From: Naegleria gruberi
Taxonomy: Eukaryota
Direction: 5' to 3' (one strand)
DNA length: 64,000 bases
NCBI GenBank assembly: GCA_000004985.1
Contig: GG738911.1
A program made the position numbers and the translations under genes. Positions 9,274-19,972 of this stretch are shown here, piece by piece (the first letter of the stretch is position 1; each line of letters starts with the position of its first letter). The notes beneath the pieces are model-generated. The model did not search any database and was not told the DNA's origin. It saw only the letters and a list, made by a program, of their open reading frames with translations.

Positions 9274-12200
9274 ATGATACATACAACACCTTCATCTGGA
9301 ACAAGTGAAACCTCTCACTATTTACTTCCGAACCAAGGTAATGAGAACAATCGAATATTTTCCTCTCCTTCATCATTAGAATATTCTCTTTCATCTCTGG
9401 GAAGTCATAGTCCGCAGTTCTATCACAGTCCACCTACGAGTCCTGAATCTTTGAATTTAATGGAAAATCATAATGAAAATCATCGACTAGTTCAAGATCA
9501 ACATGAAGATTTAAAATATTTGGACGATAATAGTGGACAACATCAATATTCAATGGAAACTGGTCAGAGTTCAATAACAACAGAGAATCATCATAATAAT
9601 TGTGATAGTTATGAAGTTTCGTTGAATATTGATGATGGACACATGAATGGACATGAGACAGATGAGTTTAGAGTAGACACAGGTATTCGGTCAGTGCTTA
9701 GACGATTTTCGTGGCTTACACTTGGGTCCTCTTCGAGTACTACTCCAAGGAGTCGTCATTCCATTGGATTACCCACAACCAACAATTTATTTAGTCCACC
9801 CATTACAGAGACGAGAAAGTTCAGTATTGGGCAAAAGCAACATCCAAATACGGCATTCGTTTTGATGAGTCCACAAAGTCCACGAACCACCACTCCATCA
9901 CCAACTACAAGCTCATCAAGTATGGCTCATGAATTGGAGCAGCAAAATCATGAATCTGTGGAAACTCCAGTGTCTTCATTGGTTGACCAAGATATTGCTC
10001 AATCAGGAGATGTTACTCCAGTTCAGTCCAACAATTATCGAGCAAATACATATTCTCCACCTCCATTCACCAGAACTATTTCTGTAGTCTTAAACGACAT
10101 TACGAATTCACCTGTTGGTGTCGAGAGAAGGAGACGAGATTCAATTGCCTCGAATAAGAAAGTTAATGAACGAGCTAATAGTATTGCATACCGTACTTCG
10201 AATATCACCAATCTGATTAATAACACGTCATTCCACAGCACAAAGAAGCAACTTGAAAAGGAAAAGAAGAGGAGAGGAGAATCATGTTCCAAATTTTGTC
10301 ATTCCTTCTTTACCATTTCAAATATTTTGATGGGAATTTTCATTTTGCAAGCAATTGTTTGCTTGATTTTTGGAATTTCAATTATGAGAGCTGGTGGTGC
10401 CATTTTGGATGTGAAAATTCGTGAATATCAATTCTTACAAATCAGGGCATTTGTAGAGGAACGTATCAGTAGCTTCACCTCAAAATACACAACCATGACT
10501 AATCACATGATGGAAGGTTTGAAGGGAATTCCCATCAATGATAATGTTGCCCTTCTGAGATTCTTTGATTATGTAGCAATTACCTTTGGAACTGATACCT
10601 CACTGAATCGAATGGAATTCTATAGAATGGATGATTCATTCTCCATGCTTAGAGATTTCAATAATGGAAAATCTGTAATTTCAATCAATTCCATTTCGAA
10701 TCCATCCATGTTTTCGACCTATTTGTGGCCTAAGACTCTTACTTTTGTGGAGAACCCAAATGGATACTATGCCTCTTCAAGTGATACTTCCTATTCGATT
10801 TATAAGAATTACATGTATGGACCCATACTCGAATTGAACGAAATATTTAACAATTCGGCCGTGCTCAATAATTTTATTCTCAACAATCAGGAAGTATTTT
10901 GTAAATCACTCTCTAGCAATATTCCATCTAATTACAACAATTTCAAATGGGTACCAAGCAAATCCATTCAAAATTCGAGTATTTTCCTGCATTATCCAGT
11001 TTATATCAGTAACAATTACAATCATACCATTGTGTCTCCCAATACGAGAAAGATGTTCATTGTAAATTCAGATCAAAATTTGGAGAATAGCTACTTGTTT
11101 GGAGTTTTCAGTTTGCACTTTTCAATTGATAGATTTACAACCTTGTTAAATGTTCAGAATGAGAGATTCTACTTGCAATCCGAGTATTCTTCAAATACAA
11201 GTTTTATCATGAATACGTGGGGTGATATTTTGGCTACTAGAGGAGATGGAAACGAATCTCTACACAATATTCAACTCATTTACAAAACCATCATGAAACA
11301 TGGTCTTAAAAAGAATTGTGAAGTTGAGAGTGAAGTTATAGACATTCCAAATACTAGATTGACTGCTAGATTGTCGTATACTTGTGATGGTCATGGATTG
11401 AATTTGGTATTGGTTGTTGAAATGGACAATTCAGATTCTTTCATTCCTCTATTATTGGCAAATAATTCAATTCTTTCGTTTGTGGCATCATTTTTGCTGA
11501 TTATCGTGTCTATCATTGTAATGATTGCAGTTCTGAGAGCTCTCAATACATCAATGGAACGAATGTCGAAGAAATTACACAGAATTACAAGACTAAAACA
11601 AAGGGAAAGCGAGGGAGGCAAATCATTCAGTCAAATCATTTCAGATTTCTTCCCAAACACGTCAATGACTGTTTTCTATGAAGTGAGAGAAATTGAAAAT
11701 CTAATCATGTTATTGGGTCAAGGAATGGATGCTTTGAAAAAGTTTCTTCCCGAACCGTTTGTTAAAGAGATTATACTATCAAAACCACTGCCTTTCAATG
11801 TTGCAACAAAGAAGCACTTGACAATCTTGTTTTGTGAGCTGGCAGGTTGTGATAAGATGGCAGATACTATTGATATTCCTCTCTTTTTGGAAATGATTAC
11901 AGAGTACAGTTCAATAATGTGTAAAATCATTCAGGATCATAAGGGTATGATTGATCGATTTGATGGAGGAACAGCCATGTGCTTATTCTCCTTCCAGGAT
12001 AACACTTTAATTCCAACTGAACAAAATCAAGAAGTAAATGCATGTCATGCTGCCATGGATATCATTTACATGATGGAGGATTTCAAAACCAAGTGGCAAA
12101 AACGTACAGGGCATCCAATTCACATTGAGATTGGAATTAATTCTGGAGAGATTTATTATGGAAATTTCAATTGCACTGATTCTAGATCAAGTTATTCAGT

Positions 12201-12657
12201 GCTCGGTGCAAGCTTAGATATTGCCTCTACTTTGCAACGTTTCAATTTTTCATACTCTACACAGGTTCTCATTGGAGAGGAGACATTCTTGAAAGTTAAG
12301 GATATTTTCGTGTGTTATTTTGTGGATTTGGTGAGATTTTCTGGCTACAAGAAAAGGAGGGGAATGAAAATATATTCATTAGAATGTCCAGTTCGAGAGA
12401 GCACCGATTTGGAGAGGAAGATTGCACTGGATTTGGAACAAGTTCAGCAAAAAATCATGGAAAAGAGTTATGCCTCTGCTTTGAGTTTATGTGGACAAGT
12501 CATGCTGTTCAATGATAGACCACAAGTGAGTTATTTGCACAATCGATTGAGCCATGCAAAAGAAGAGAGCGAAAAGGTGATTCCCAATGATAATGATCTT
12601 TTTTCTACAGTGGCAAACTTTGGTATTGATCCAGAGGAGATTTTATCATTCTTGTAA
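9274..12657 (+). CDS. receptor-like membrane protein with class III adenylyl/guanylyl cyclase homology domain (catalytic residues divergent)
   Basis: 1127 aa. Low-complexity N-terminus, then TM1 'FFTISNILMGIFILQAIVCLIFGISIM', a sensor-like domain of ~350 aa, TM2 'LLLANNSILSFVASFLLIIVSIIVMIAVL', and a C-terminal segment 'TILFCELAGCD...DRFDGGTAMCLF...IHIEIGINSGEIYYGNFN...VLGASLDIASTLQ' that aligns with cyclase catalytic-domain motifs. Confidence 0.7.
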   Translation: MIHTTPSSGTSETSHYLLPNQGNENNRIFSSPSSLEYSLSSLGSHSPQFYHSPPTSPESLNLMENHNENHRLVQDQHEDLKYLDDNSGQHQYSMETGQSSITTENHHNNCDSYEVSLNIDDGHMNGHETDEFRVDTGIRSVLRRFSWLTLGSSSSTTPRSRHSIGLPTTNNLFSPPITETRKFSIGQKQHPNTAFVLMSPQSPRTTTPSPTTSSSSMAHELEQQNHESVETPVSSLVDQDIAQSGDVTPVQSNNYRANTYSPPPFTRTISVVLNDITNSPVGVERRRRDSIASNKKVNERANSIAYRTSNITNLINNTSFHSTKKQLEKEKKRRGESCSKFCHSFFTISNILMGIFILQAIVCLIFGISIMRAGGAILDVKIREYQFLQIRAFVEERISSFTSKYTTMTNHMMEGLKGIPINDNVALLRFFDYVAITFGTDTSLNRMEFYRMDDSFSMLRDFNNGKSVISINSISNPSMFSTYLWPKTLTFVENPNGYYASSSDTSYSIYKNYMYGPILELNEIFNNSAVLNNFILNNQEVFCKSLSSNIPSNYNNFKWVPSKSIQNSSIFLHYPVYISNNYNHTIVSPNTRKMFIVNSDQNLENSYLFGVFSLHFSIDRFTTLLNVQNERFYLQSEYSSNTSFIMNTWGDILATRGDGNESLHNIQLIYKTIMKHGLKKNCEVESEVIDIPNTRLTARLSYTCDGHGLNLVLVVEMDNSDSFIPLLLANNSILSFVASFLLIIVSIIVMIAVLRALNTSMERMSKKLHRITRLKQRESEGGKSFSQIISDFFPNTSMTVFYEVREIENLIMLLGQGMDALKKFLPEPFVKEIILSKPLPFNVATKKHLTILFCELAGCDKMADTIDIPLFLEMITEYSSIMCKIIQDHKGMIDRFDGGTAMCLFSFQDNTLIPTEQNQEVNACHAAMDIIYMMEDFKTKWQKRTGHPIHIEIGINSGEIYYGNFNCTDSRSSYSVLGASLDIASTLQRFNFSYSTQVLIGEETFLKVKDIFVCYFVDLVRFSGYKKRRGMKIYSLECPVRESTDLERKIALDLEQVQQKIMEKSYASALSLCGQVMLFNDRPQVSYLHNRLSHAKEESEKVIPNDNDLFSTVANFGIDPEEILSFL

Positions 12658-12682
12658 AAGAGAAATAAAACTAAAATGAATC

Positions 12683-12754
12683 CTCCCGTGCCGGGAATTG
12701 AACCCGGATCTCCTGGGTGAGAGCCAGGTATCTTAGCCATTGGACCACACGGGA
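12683..12754 (-). tRNA. tRNA-Glu (anticodon CTC)
   Basis: Minus-strand read TCCCGTGTGGTCCAATGGCTAAGATACCTGGCTCTCACCCAGGAGATCCGGGTTCAATTCCCGGCACGGGAG. Anticodon stem CCTGG/CCAGG, loop CTCTCAC. T-arm CCGGG/TTCAATT/CCCGG. T-run downstream. The 88-aa ORF 12531..12797 is the tRNA translated and is not a gene. Confidence 0.85.
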
Positions 12755-12946
12755 TTCTTGTTAACTTCTTGAAAATATTGTTCATAACCACATCCATGAC
12801 CTAAGGCACTAAGGTAGCTCAGTTAATGTTGTTTCCAATTCATAACTGTGTTGTGCTGATTGACAAGTAAATCATCTTTGGAGTATGTAATCAACCGCCA
12901 AAATCACCCGCCAAAATCTTAAACAATAAAATAAAAAAAAAAATTG

Positions 12947-13788
12947 ATGAGCACATCAACTAGGAACGACAGAGGATGTCCAGAACAAATAGGAAAATCC
13001 TCTTCAAGGAGTAACTATACGGCATCTATTGATGAGATGGCAACAGCAAGTAAACCTCATTCCTCTCTACATCGGAGTAGCAGCGTTCCAAAACGATCTT
13101 CTCCTCTTGTGGAGCAGCAACTATCATCATCTTCAAATCAAAGATCATCTTCTGGAAATCATCATCGGAAATCATCATCAGCAACACCAGTAACACCATC
13201 ACCATCGGAAGATCACCAATTAACCTACGAGGAAGCAGTTAAAAAATTAGATGAATTATCGCCCAAATCTAAAGGAATACTCAAATCAATAATGAAAATG
13301 ATGAGTCCTTCAAATAATAATGCAATAGAAAATGGAAATAATAATATTAATGCAAATCAAAATAATAATAACAAAAATAATATTGTAACTTCAACAACTA
13401 GGGAACAAAATAGAGAAAAACAACAACCAAATAGAGAACCACCATCATCTAGGACAATTAATAATTTAAATGAAATTGAAAAAATGGCAACAGTGAATTT
13501 TGCTAATGAACCACAATCATCATCTTCTAGAGGAGTAATTACAGGAGAAGAAAAACCAAGTTTGAGGAGGACTGTTTCATCAATACCCGAAGTAACAAAA
13601 CCAAAGAGGACTTCAAGTAATCGGGTAGTGACGCTTAATGTTGGAGGTCAAATATTTCAAACTACAAGCAAGACACTACGAGGGTGCGAATCACTTTTTT
13701 CATTAGTATTTTCGGAGAAGGATACAGTGCTGAGAGATGACAATGGTCATGTATTTATAGATAGAGATCCAAAATATTTTAGATACAT
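12947..13788 (+). CDS. KCTD-like BTB/POZ (K+-channel tetramerisation, T1-type) domain protein, exon 1
   Basis: Low-complexity N-terminus, then 'VVTLNVGGQIFQTTSKTLRGCESLFSLVF...DNGHVFIDRDPKYFRY', the canonical T1/BTB_2 motif. Exon ends AT|GTAGGT, phase 2. Confidence 0.8.
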
Positions 13789-13866
13789 GTAGGTTTTGAA
13801 TTAAGGAAAATCAATAATAATTAATATTTATTTTACCTTCAAATAATGAATAATAATTTAACACAG

Positions 13867-14521
13867 ATTAAATTACATACGAGATGGAAAGTTAATTGGA
13901 AAATGGAATGAAATTACTTCCGATACGCTGGAAAAAATTACTCATGAAGCTAAATACTTTAAATTACCTGGAATAATTAATGATATTGAAGAGTGTCGAG
14001 TATTGAATGCAAGTTTTGATCCAAGAACATTGGAAGAGGAATGTCAACTTCGATTCTACAATCAAGAGGTTGTTAAAAAATCAGAGTCAGGTTCTCTATT
14101 TGCCTGCCTCGATTATCACATTAATAAGCAGCTAGTCGAGTGTTGCAAAGATCCATTCAGATATTTTGTGAAATTCCTGCTGAGATATGGAGAATCCAGT
14201 AATTTAGCAATTGGAGTTACTTGCAAACAGACCAATCGTTGGAACCGTTTTGAAGTAATGAAAAAGATTAAGGAAAAGGATACAATTGCAATTTGGTACA
14301 ATTACCAAACAGAACATCTGGTTCTTTACTGGAACGACGTGGAAGTTCAACGAAAGACCTTCAAAATCAACTCACACGACTGGGTCTTTCATGTGGAAAT
14401 GTTTGCCGATGATAATTTCTGTGGTTTGAGATTGGTTCAACATCAAGGAATTCATCCCTCACAAATAGTACATCAACATGAGGAATCTGAAGAAGAAGAT
14501 GCTGAAGAGCATTCTCAATAA
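13867..14521 (+). CDS. KCTD-like BTB protein, exon 2 (after 78-nt intron 13789..13866)
   Basis: The intron runs GTAGGT...ACAG. Splicing restores 'FIDRDPKYFRYILNYIRDGKLIGKW', which is a textbook T1-domain continuation. Acidic C-terminus. Confidence 0.8.
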
Positions 14522-14765
14522 TAAACTAATGCCAAACACTTCATTATTGCCAGTTGGCTGGGCAGAGCTCCATTTAAATAAGGTCTCTTAAAGACCAAAT
14601 AAGGAGATTGCTTCCGTTATGAATATTGAAAAACTTTGTTGCATCTCGGCATCACACATAACGAAGAATAGCAATATTCTTCACCTGAAAAAAACCGTAA
14701 ATTTGTTTGAGGGCAAAACTGTACATTTCTCTCCCTCTCTGAAACCAACATCAATTTTCATCTCT

Positions 14766-14783
14766 CAACAACAACAACAACAG
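14766..14783. repeat. (CAA)n microsatellite in 5' flank of the ankyrin gene
   Basis: Sequence caacaacaacaacaacag. Confidence 0.7.
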
Positions 14784-14996
14784 TAACAACTCTGCGATTA
14801 CTCTTCTATAACACCTTTGTTCTAGTATTAAAAGAGAAGATTTATAACAATATTAGCTTTTATTAGTAAGAAGAAGAAGAATTTCAAATTGTCGAACCAG
14901 AACAACAATCATCATCCGAATCACAACAACACTCTCATTACAGTATTATAATATAATGCAAATAACAACAACTCATAGAAGAAATATAATAACATC

Positions 14997-16967
14997 ATGA
15001 TAAAACCAACATCTTATTCCGCTCCGGCAGCATTTGAGGTGGTAATTCCACCTCCCCTCAATCTATTGAATAGAAGAGAGTCTTGCATTGAGAATTGTTA
15101 TGGAAGTAATCAAAACTCTGCTCGATCCAACAAGTCAGTGAAGAGAGCATCAGAACATCCAACATATAATTCTAGCAAATCTTCAGAAGCTGATGATACC
15201 AATAATCAAGCTCAAGCCAGGGGAATACCCAGGAGGAAGTTGTTAGTTCTCAATATTCTGCAACATCAATTGGCAGAAACGAGACAGAAACGATTGGAGG
15301 AACAACAGCAAGAATACATTAAGAATGTATATCATCAACAACAACACAAACCAAACAAGATGACTATTAATCATGACTTGATTGTGGATGAAAAACAAGT
15401 GAATAATGGAATGTTTTCAGAATTGAAGAGTTTTCTGCATGATGATTCGGTGCAGTTTCCATTGCTTAATACACATTCGCAACCAGTCATTGGTCAACAA
15501 CAACAATTGTCAACTCCACCACCACTCCTCTCCACTCAATCTCTCAATCAAGTCATTGGAAATTCAACAATGGCAGCATCAACTTCCAATATAGAACCAA
15601 CAAAAGCTCCAATTCTTCCATTCAATATTGATTTGGATCTCAATCCAAAAAAGCAAGAAAAGAAACACAAACAATCCAAAGAATTCTGCGCCAAAATTAT
15701 TGGTGTGCCCTCAAGTTACACAATTTCCGACATTCATGACCTAGTTCTGGAAAGATGTAGTATTATTTGTAATCAAATATGTATTAAGGAGAAACGAGGA
15801 AAACGAACAGCCATTCTGGATATGAAATCTAAAAAAGAGGCACAAGAAGTGAAAAAGAATATTGAAGGAATTAAGGTTGAACTTCATGAATTGAAAGTGA
15901 GAGTAATCATGAAGAAGAAGAATCAAGCAGCCAATTCCTCATTATCAACTACCGAAAACACCAAACAATCAAATAATTTACAAATTGATTACAAAATTAC
16001 CGAATCTGTAGAGGATATTATTGGATATACATTCTCTAACAAGTCCTATCTTATGATTGCCCTCACTCATGGTCATCCAACCTCTCAAACATGGATACCC
16101 TTAGGAAAGAAACTCTTACATACCTATTTGGATGAAAATATTTTCGAGGAGAGTTCGTCCTTTAGTAAACTTGTTGCTGAGAAGAATGACATTGAGCAGG
16201 GAGTAATACTATCTACACTGATGAGACTTCACACCATCAATAGATATCTCCGAAAGCATGGAACCAATTATCAAGTAGTTTCTGCAACAGACATGGCAGA
16301 TTGCTTTCTCTCACTCATGTACTCTATTAAGGAAGATTGTCATGGAGCTGAAGAGGAGATTAAAATTTCACTCATGAGAATGTATCACCCATTGGGATGT
16401 CTTGTTTGTGCAAACATTACCGAGGAAGAAATTGAGAAATTGAAAAGAGGAGCCACAGCTGATTTCAAACCAAGTGTTTCTGCTCTTCCAAAAGATGTGG
16501 GAAATCTCTTAACTTTAGGAAATGAAATTAATTACGAGTTACTAATCTCTGAGGAGTATTTAGGAAAAGGATTACATTTTGCTGCGAGAAAAACCAATTC
16601 ACCCTCTTCCATCAAGACCATTATAAGGAAGGGTGCTGATCCAGATTATAGAATTGGAGGATACACCCCTCTCATGGTTGCCAAATCTCCTGCCCATTTG
16701 AAGGTTCTCATACAAGCAGGAGCTAGACTCGAGGAAGTTTCACAACCACACAAACTTTCAGTTATGGCCTGTGCTGTGGAAAGAAAGAGTCACTCCATTG
16801 TGAAATATCTAATCAATCACCATGATTATGCTGTGGATGATCAGGTGAGACCAGCTTGTGAGCATGCATTAAGTATGCTTTCAAAAATGACGGATGAAAA
16901 GAAGAAGAGTAAAATGTCTCTAATCATCGAGACATTACAATCTTTTCTCTCAGATAGAGAGTTGTAA
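14997..16967 (+). CDS. ankyrin-repeat protein with Q-rich N-terminal region
   Basis: 656 aa. C-terminal ANK repeats 'RKGADPDYRIGGYTPLMVAKSPAHLKVLIQAGARLEEVSQPHKLSVMACAVERKSHSIVKYLINH'. Confidence 0.7.
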   Translation: MIKPTSYSAPAAFEVVIPPPLNLLNRRESCIENCYGSNQNSARSNKSVKRASEHPTYNSSKSSEADDTNNQAQARGIPRRKLLVLNILQHQLAETRQKRLEEQQQEYIKNVYHQQQHKPNKMTINHDLIVDEKQVNNGMFSELKSFLHDDSVQFPLLNTHSQPVIGQQQQLSTPPPLLSTQSLNQVIGNSTMAASTSNIEPTKAPILPFNIDLDLNPKKQEKKHKQSKEFCAKIIGVPSSYTISDIHDLVLERCSIICNQICIKEKRGKRTAILDMKSKKEAQEVKKNIEGIKVELHELKVRVIMKKKNQAANSSLSTTENTKQSNNLQIDYKITESVEDIIGYTFSNKSYLMIALTHGHPTSQTWIPLGKKLLHTYLDENIFEESSSFSKLVAEKNDIEQGVILSTLMRLHTINRYLRKHGTNYQVVSATDMADCFLSLMYSIKEDCHGAEEEIKISLMRMYHPLGCLVCANITEEEIEKLKRGATADFKPSVSALPKDVGNLLTLGNEINYELLISEEYLGKGLHFAARKTNSPSSIKTIIRKGADPDYRIGGYTPLMVAKSPAHLKVLIQAGARLEEVSQPHKLSVMACAVERKSHSIVKYLINHHDYAVDDQVRPACEHALSMLSKMTDEKKKSKMSLIIETLQSFLSDREL

Positions 16968-17055
16968 TGAAATTAAACCCAATTAATGTATATATTTAAC
17001 TATTTTTTATTATATTTAATTTGTTAATATGGTACAGAGCTACTAATGAATTAGG

Positions 17056-18126
17056 TCACTTCTTAAATTTAACAATCAATGCAACGACAATACAAATAAA
17101 CAATGTTGCAAACATAACCAAATCATACATGATAATAAAATAAAGAGACTTTTTGGCATATTTTGAGAATTTTCGATGTTTTTGATTGTGTGAATTCTTG
17201 AAATTGGCAAAAACCATCACCAATGGTAAAACCGACAAGCAAGGAACAAACCAAAACATAATTGCACAAATCATACTCAAACAATAGAACAATTTGGCAC
17301 GATTACTCTTCTTGAAAAGCAATTTGGAAAGTTTAGATTGCTTTCCATCATTGTAATCCTCCTGTGGAACGAGCAATAGTGAATCCAATCGATGATCTTC
17401 AAATTGAGGAGAAATCAAACTATCCATCGAATAGAGTTGCGGAGTTTGATTTCCAACACTCTTTTGTGTTGTAATGGATGGCATGCTGTTTCTTCTGGTT
17501 TCGTACATTTCCTTAAGTGAGGTCAGAGTTTTAATGTTGTGATAGGGAAATCCTTGAGGCATGGTTTCTAATTCAATTTCAATTTCTTCTGGATTTACAT
17601 TTTTCAAAGGTTTGTAAACGTGATGATCGTGAATTGAGTGAGATGTTTGAGGTTTTAGGTTTGAGGAAGAGAAGGCACCAGTGCTTTCATTGGAATCTTG
17701 TTTTGGAAGAAAGGGTTTCGTCAAATCATTCGAGTTTCCAATAGATTGATATTTTGGAAAGTTATCTGAAAGAATTGGTTCCTTCTTACGATCGAGATAT
17801 TGAAAGTCATTGACGAAATCTTCTCGTTCATCAGTGTAATCGATTTGAATTTCTTCCAATTCTCTATTGTCTTCTTCAATTCTTTCTGGTTGGAAAAAAT
17901 TCGAAACCTTTCCAACAGTTTCTTCTGGTTGAGAATGAAACTCATCGAGAGTAGTCAGGATTTTATTCTCCTCATCTTGTTTACTTTGATCAGATTCGTG
18001 TTGGTTCAGTGCTTCTATTTGTTGATTCGAAATGTTTAGTTTCGAATAATATTGAGAAGGATTCGAAGAGGCAGGTTGGGCAGGTTGATGATTCTCAAGA
18101 AGATTCGAGGTTTCATTAACTGACAT
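17056..18126 (-). CDS. hypothetical acidic protein with two C-terminal transmembrane helices
   Basis: First ATG is at 18126 (the tool ORF starts at TTG 18159). TMs 'LFYCLSMICAIMFWFVPCLSVLPLVMVFANF' and 'LYFIIMYDLVMFATLFICIVVALIV'. Confidence 0.5.
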   Translation of the reverse strand: MSVNETSNLLENHQPAQPASSNPSQYYSKLNISNQQIEALNQHESDQSKQDEENKILTTLDEFHSQPEETVGKVSNFFQPERIEEDNRELEEIQIDYTDEREDFVNDFQYLDRKKEPILSDNFPKYQSIGNSNDLTKPFLPKQDSNESTGAFSSSNLKPQTSHSIHDHHVYKPLKNVNPEEIEIELETMPQGFPYHNIKTLTSLKEMYETRRNSMPSITTQKSVGNQTPQLYSMDSLISPQFEDHRLDSLLLVPQEDYNDGKQSKLSKLLFKKSNRAKLFYCLSMICAIMFWFVPCLSVLPLVMVFANFKNSHNQKHRKFSKYAKKSLYFIIMYDLVMFATLFICIVVALIVKFKK

Positions 18127-18570
18127 TTTTTGGAGTGTTTTGATTTGCTCTCCAATCAAATTTAGCCAGAATTTAACATTTGCCTATCTTTGGATATTTT
18201 CCAAATTTGGAGAGTGGATTTTTGAAATTTTAAACGTTCACTTGAATTTTTTTAATATTTTACAAATTACTTGATAGCTTTTATAAGGAAATGTTGGTTA
18301 AATTGGAAAATATTCGAATAAATTATGGAATTTTTGAAACTTGATTTTTGTAATTACATGAATTACAAAGTTTACAATAAATATCTGATCAATTTTAATG
18401 TAATTTAATTTTTCCATATGATAGATCTCCTATTAGAAACTTTGTTAGACACTTGTCCCAGAAACTATTAGAAACTGTCCTATTTCTTTACAGTTCCAAA
18501 ATTAAACTTTACAAAACCTGAGATTCATGATAAATTTGTGGAGTAGCAGTTTAATAATGTACAAAATAAT

Positions 18571-18905
18571 TTAATTGAATGGAGTAACGGTCAATCCTTT
18601 TTGAACTGCAGGTCTTTCACCAACTCTATCAATGTAGGCCTTAATGTGTGGATAGGTTTCCCATTTGAATTGTTCAACAACTGGTTCACCATAGAATGGC
18701 AACACTCTCAACCATGGGAAAATAGCCATATCAGCAATGGTGTATTCATCTCCAATAATATACTTCTTGTCTCCTTCAGCCAAATGCTTTTCCAAAACTC
18801 CCCACAATCGTTGAGTTTCTTTCAAGTATCTTTCCTTTCCAACTGGAACATCAGTTGGGCAGTATTTGTGGAAGAATCCCATTTGTCCAGACATTGGTCC
18901 CAATC
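18571..18905 (-). CDS. Nu-class GST, exon 2 (after 128-nt intron 18906..19033)
   Basis: Splicing gives 'WQIAGLGPMSGQMGFFHKY'; the GLGPM motif is a hallmark of Nu-class GSTs. The C-terminal alpha domain follows. Spliced CDS is 642 nt, 213 aa. Confidence 0.85.
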
Positions 18906-19033
18906 CTATTATTCATCAATTGATCATTCATATCAGTGCGTAGGATTAAATGTATTGAATATTGTAAAATTATTGAAAATTATTGTAAAATATTAAATAT
19001 TAATCCAAATTGATCAAGTGATTCAAAACATAC

Positions 19034-19340
19034 CAGCAATTTGCCAAGCTAACCATTGCAAACATTGATAATATTCCTTTGATCCTTTTGGAGGAATAAA
19101 CTTTCCACTTTTATCAGCCAAATATTGCAAAATTGCTCCCGATTCAAACAATGCCAATCCATTTTCCTGATCAACAATTGCTGGGATCTTATTATTTGGA
19201 GAAATCTTTAAGAATTCTGGAGAAAATTGTTCTCCTTTTCTAATATCAATGGTGTGTGCCTTATATTCGAGTCCCATTTCTTCCAAAGCAATGGCAATCT
19301 TATGACCATTTGGAGTAGCAAGTGAGTAGAGATCGATCAT
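19034..19340 (-). CDS. Nu-class glutathione S-transferase (E. coli YfcG-like), exon 1
   Basis: Starts 'MIDLYSLATPNGHKIAIALEEMGLEY...ISPNNKIPAIVD...FESGAILQYLA', near-collinear with YfcG. ATG at 19340; the tool ORF starts upstream at a TTG. Exon ends G|GTATGT. Confidence 0.85.
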
Positions 19341-19972
19341 TTTGTTTCTATATTGTTGTTGGTGTTGTTGATTTTGTAGCAGAGAGCTTTGAGTTTTATT
19401 GCTTCCGATTGCAAATTTCTTGATCAAATTTCTTGATGGCTTAATTTTTGAATTTTTTTTTGATTTTGAAAAATAAACAAATTCCGTGATGAGGACATTT
19501 TAAAGGAAAAATTGAACGCACGCAAAATGTCCTCTGAAATTTGCAACATTGTAAGTTTTGTTGTAAAGTGAAAGAAAATGCATCCTTATGGAGGATGAAT
19601 TGTTCAAAGAGCTTGGCCAGAGGAAGAGCCCAAAGAGGTACATTGAAGATTAGGAAGTTTCTCAACAATCTATGAAGCTTTTGAATAAACATTGAGTTCA
19701 ATGTTGTGCATGGTATTACTATCAATTAAAATAAAAGTGCTGTTAATAATTTGAATCCTTCATCACACCAATTCAGAAATATCGAGTGAAGGGAATTGTT
19801 TAATTTCACTTCGAAACTAGTGGACAAACAAAAAGGACTCATGATTAGAATTATCAACGATTATAAATCATCATTCCCGCCATTTTCTTCTTCAGTTCAT
19901 TATTTCAGTGCTCTTTCGAATAATCGCAACAGCTGACATGTTGAAAGTTTTCCAATAAAAAAAATTCACAAG

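Noticed and set aside
12531-12797. 88-aa ORF on the minus strand
   Set aside because: It is the translation of tRNA-Glu and its flanks ('IPGSHPGDPGSIPGTGGF').
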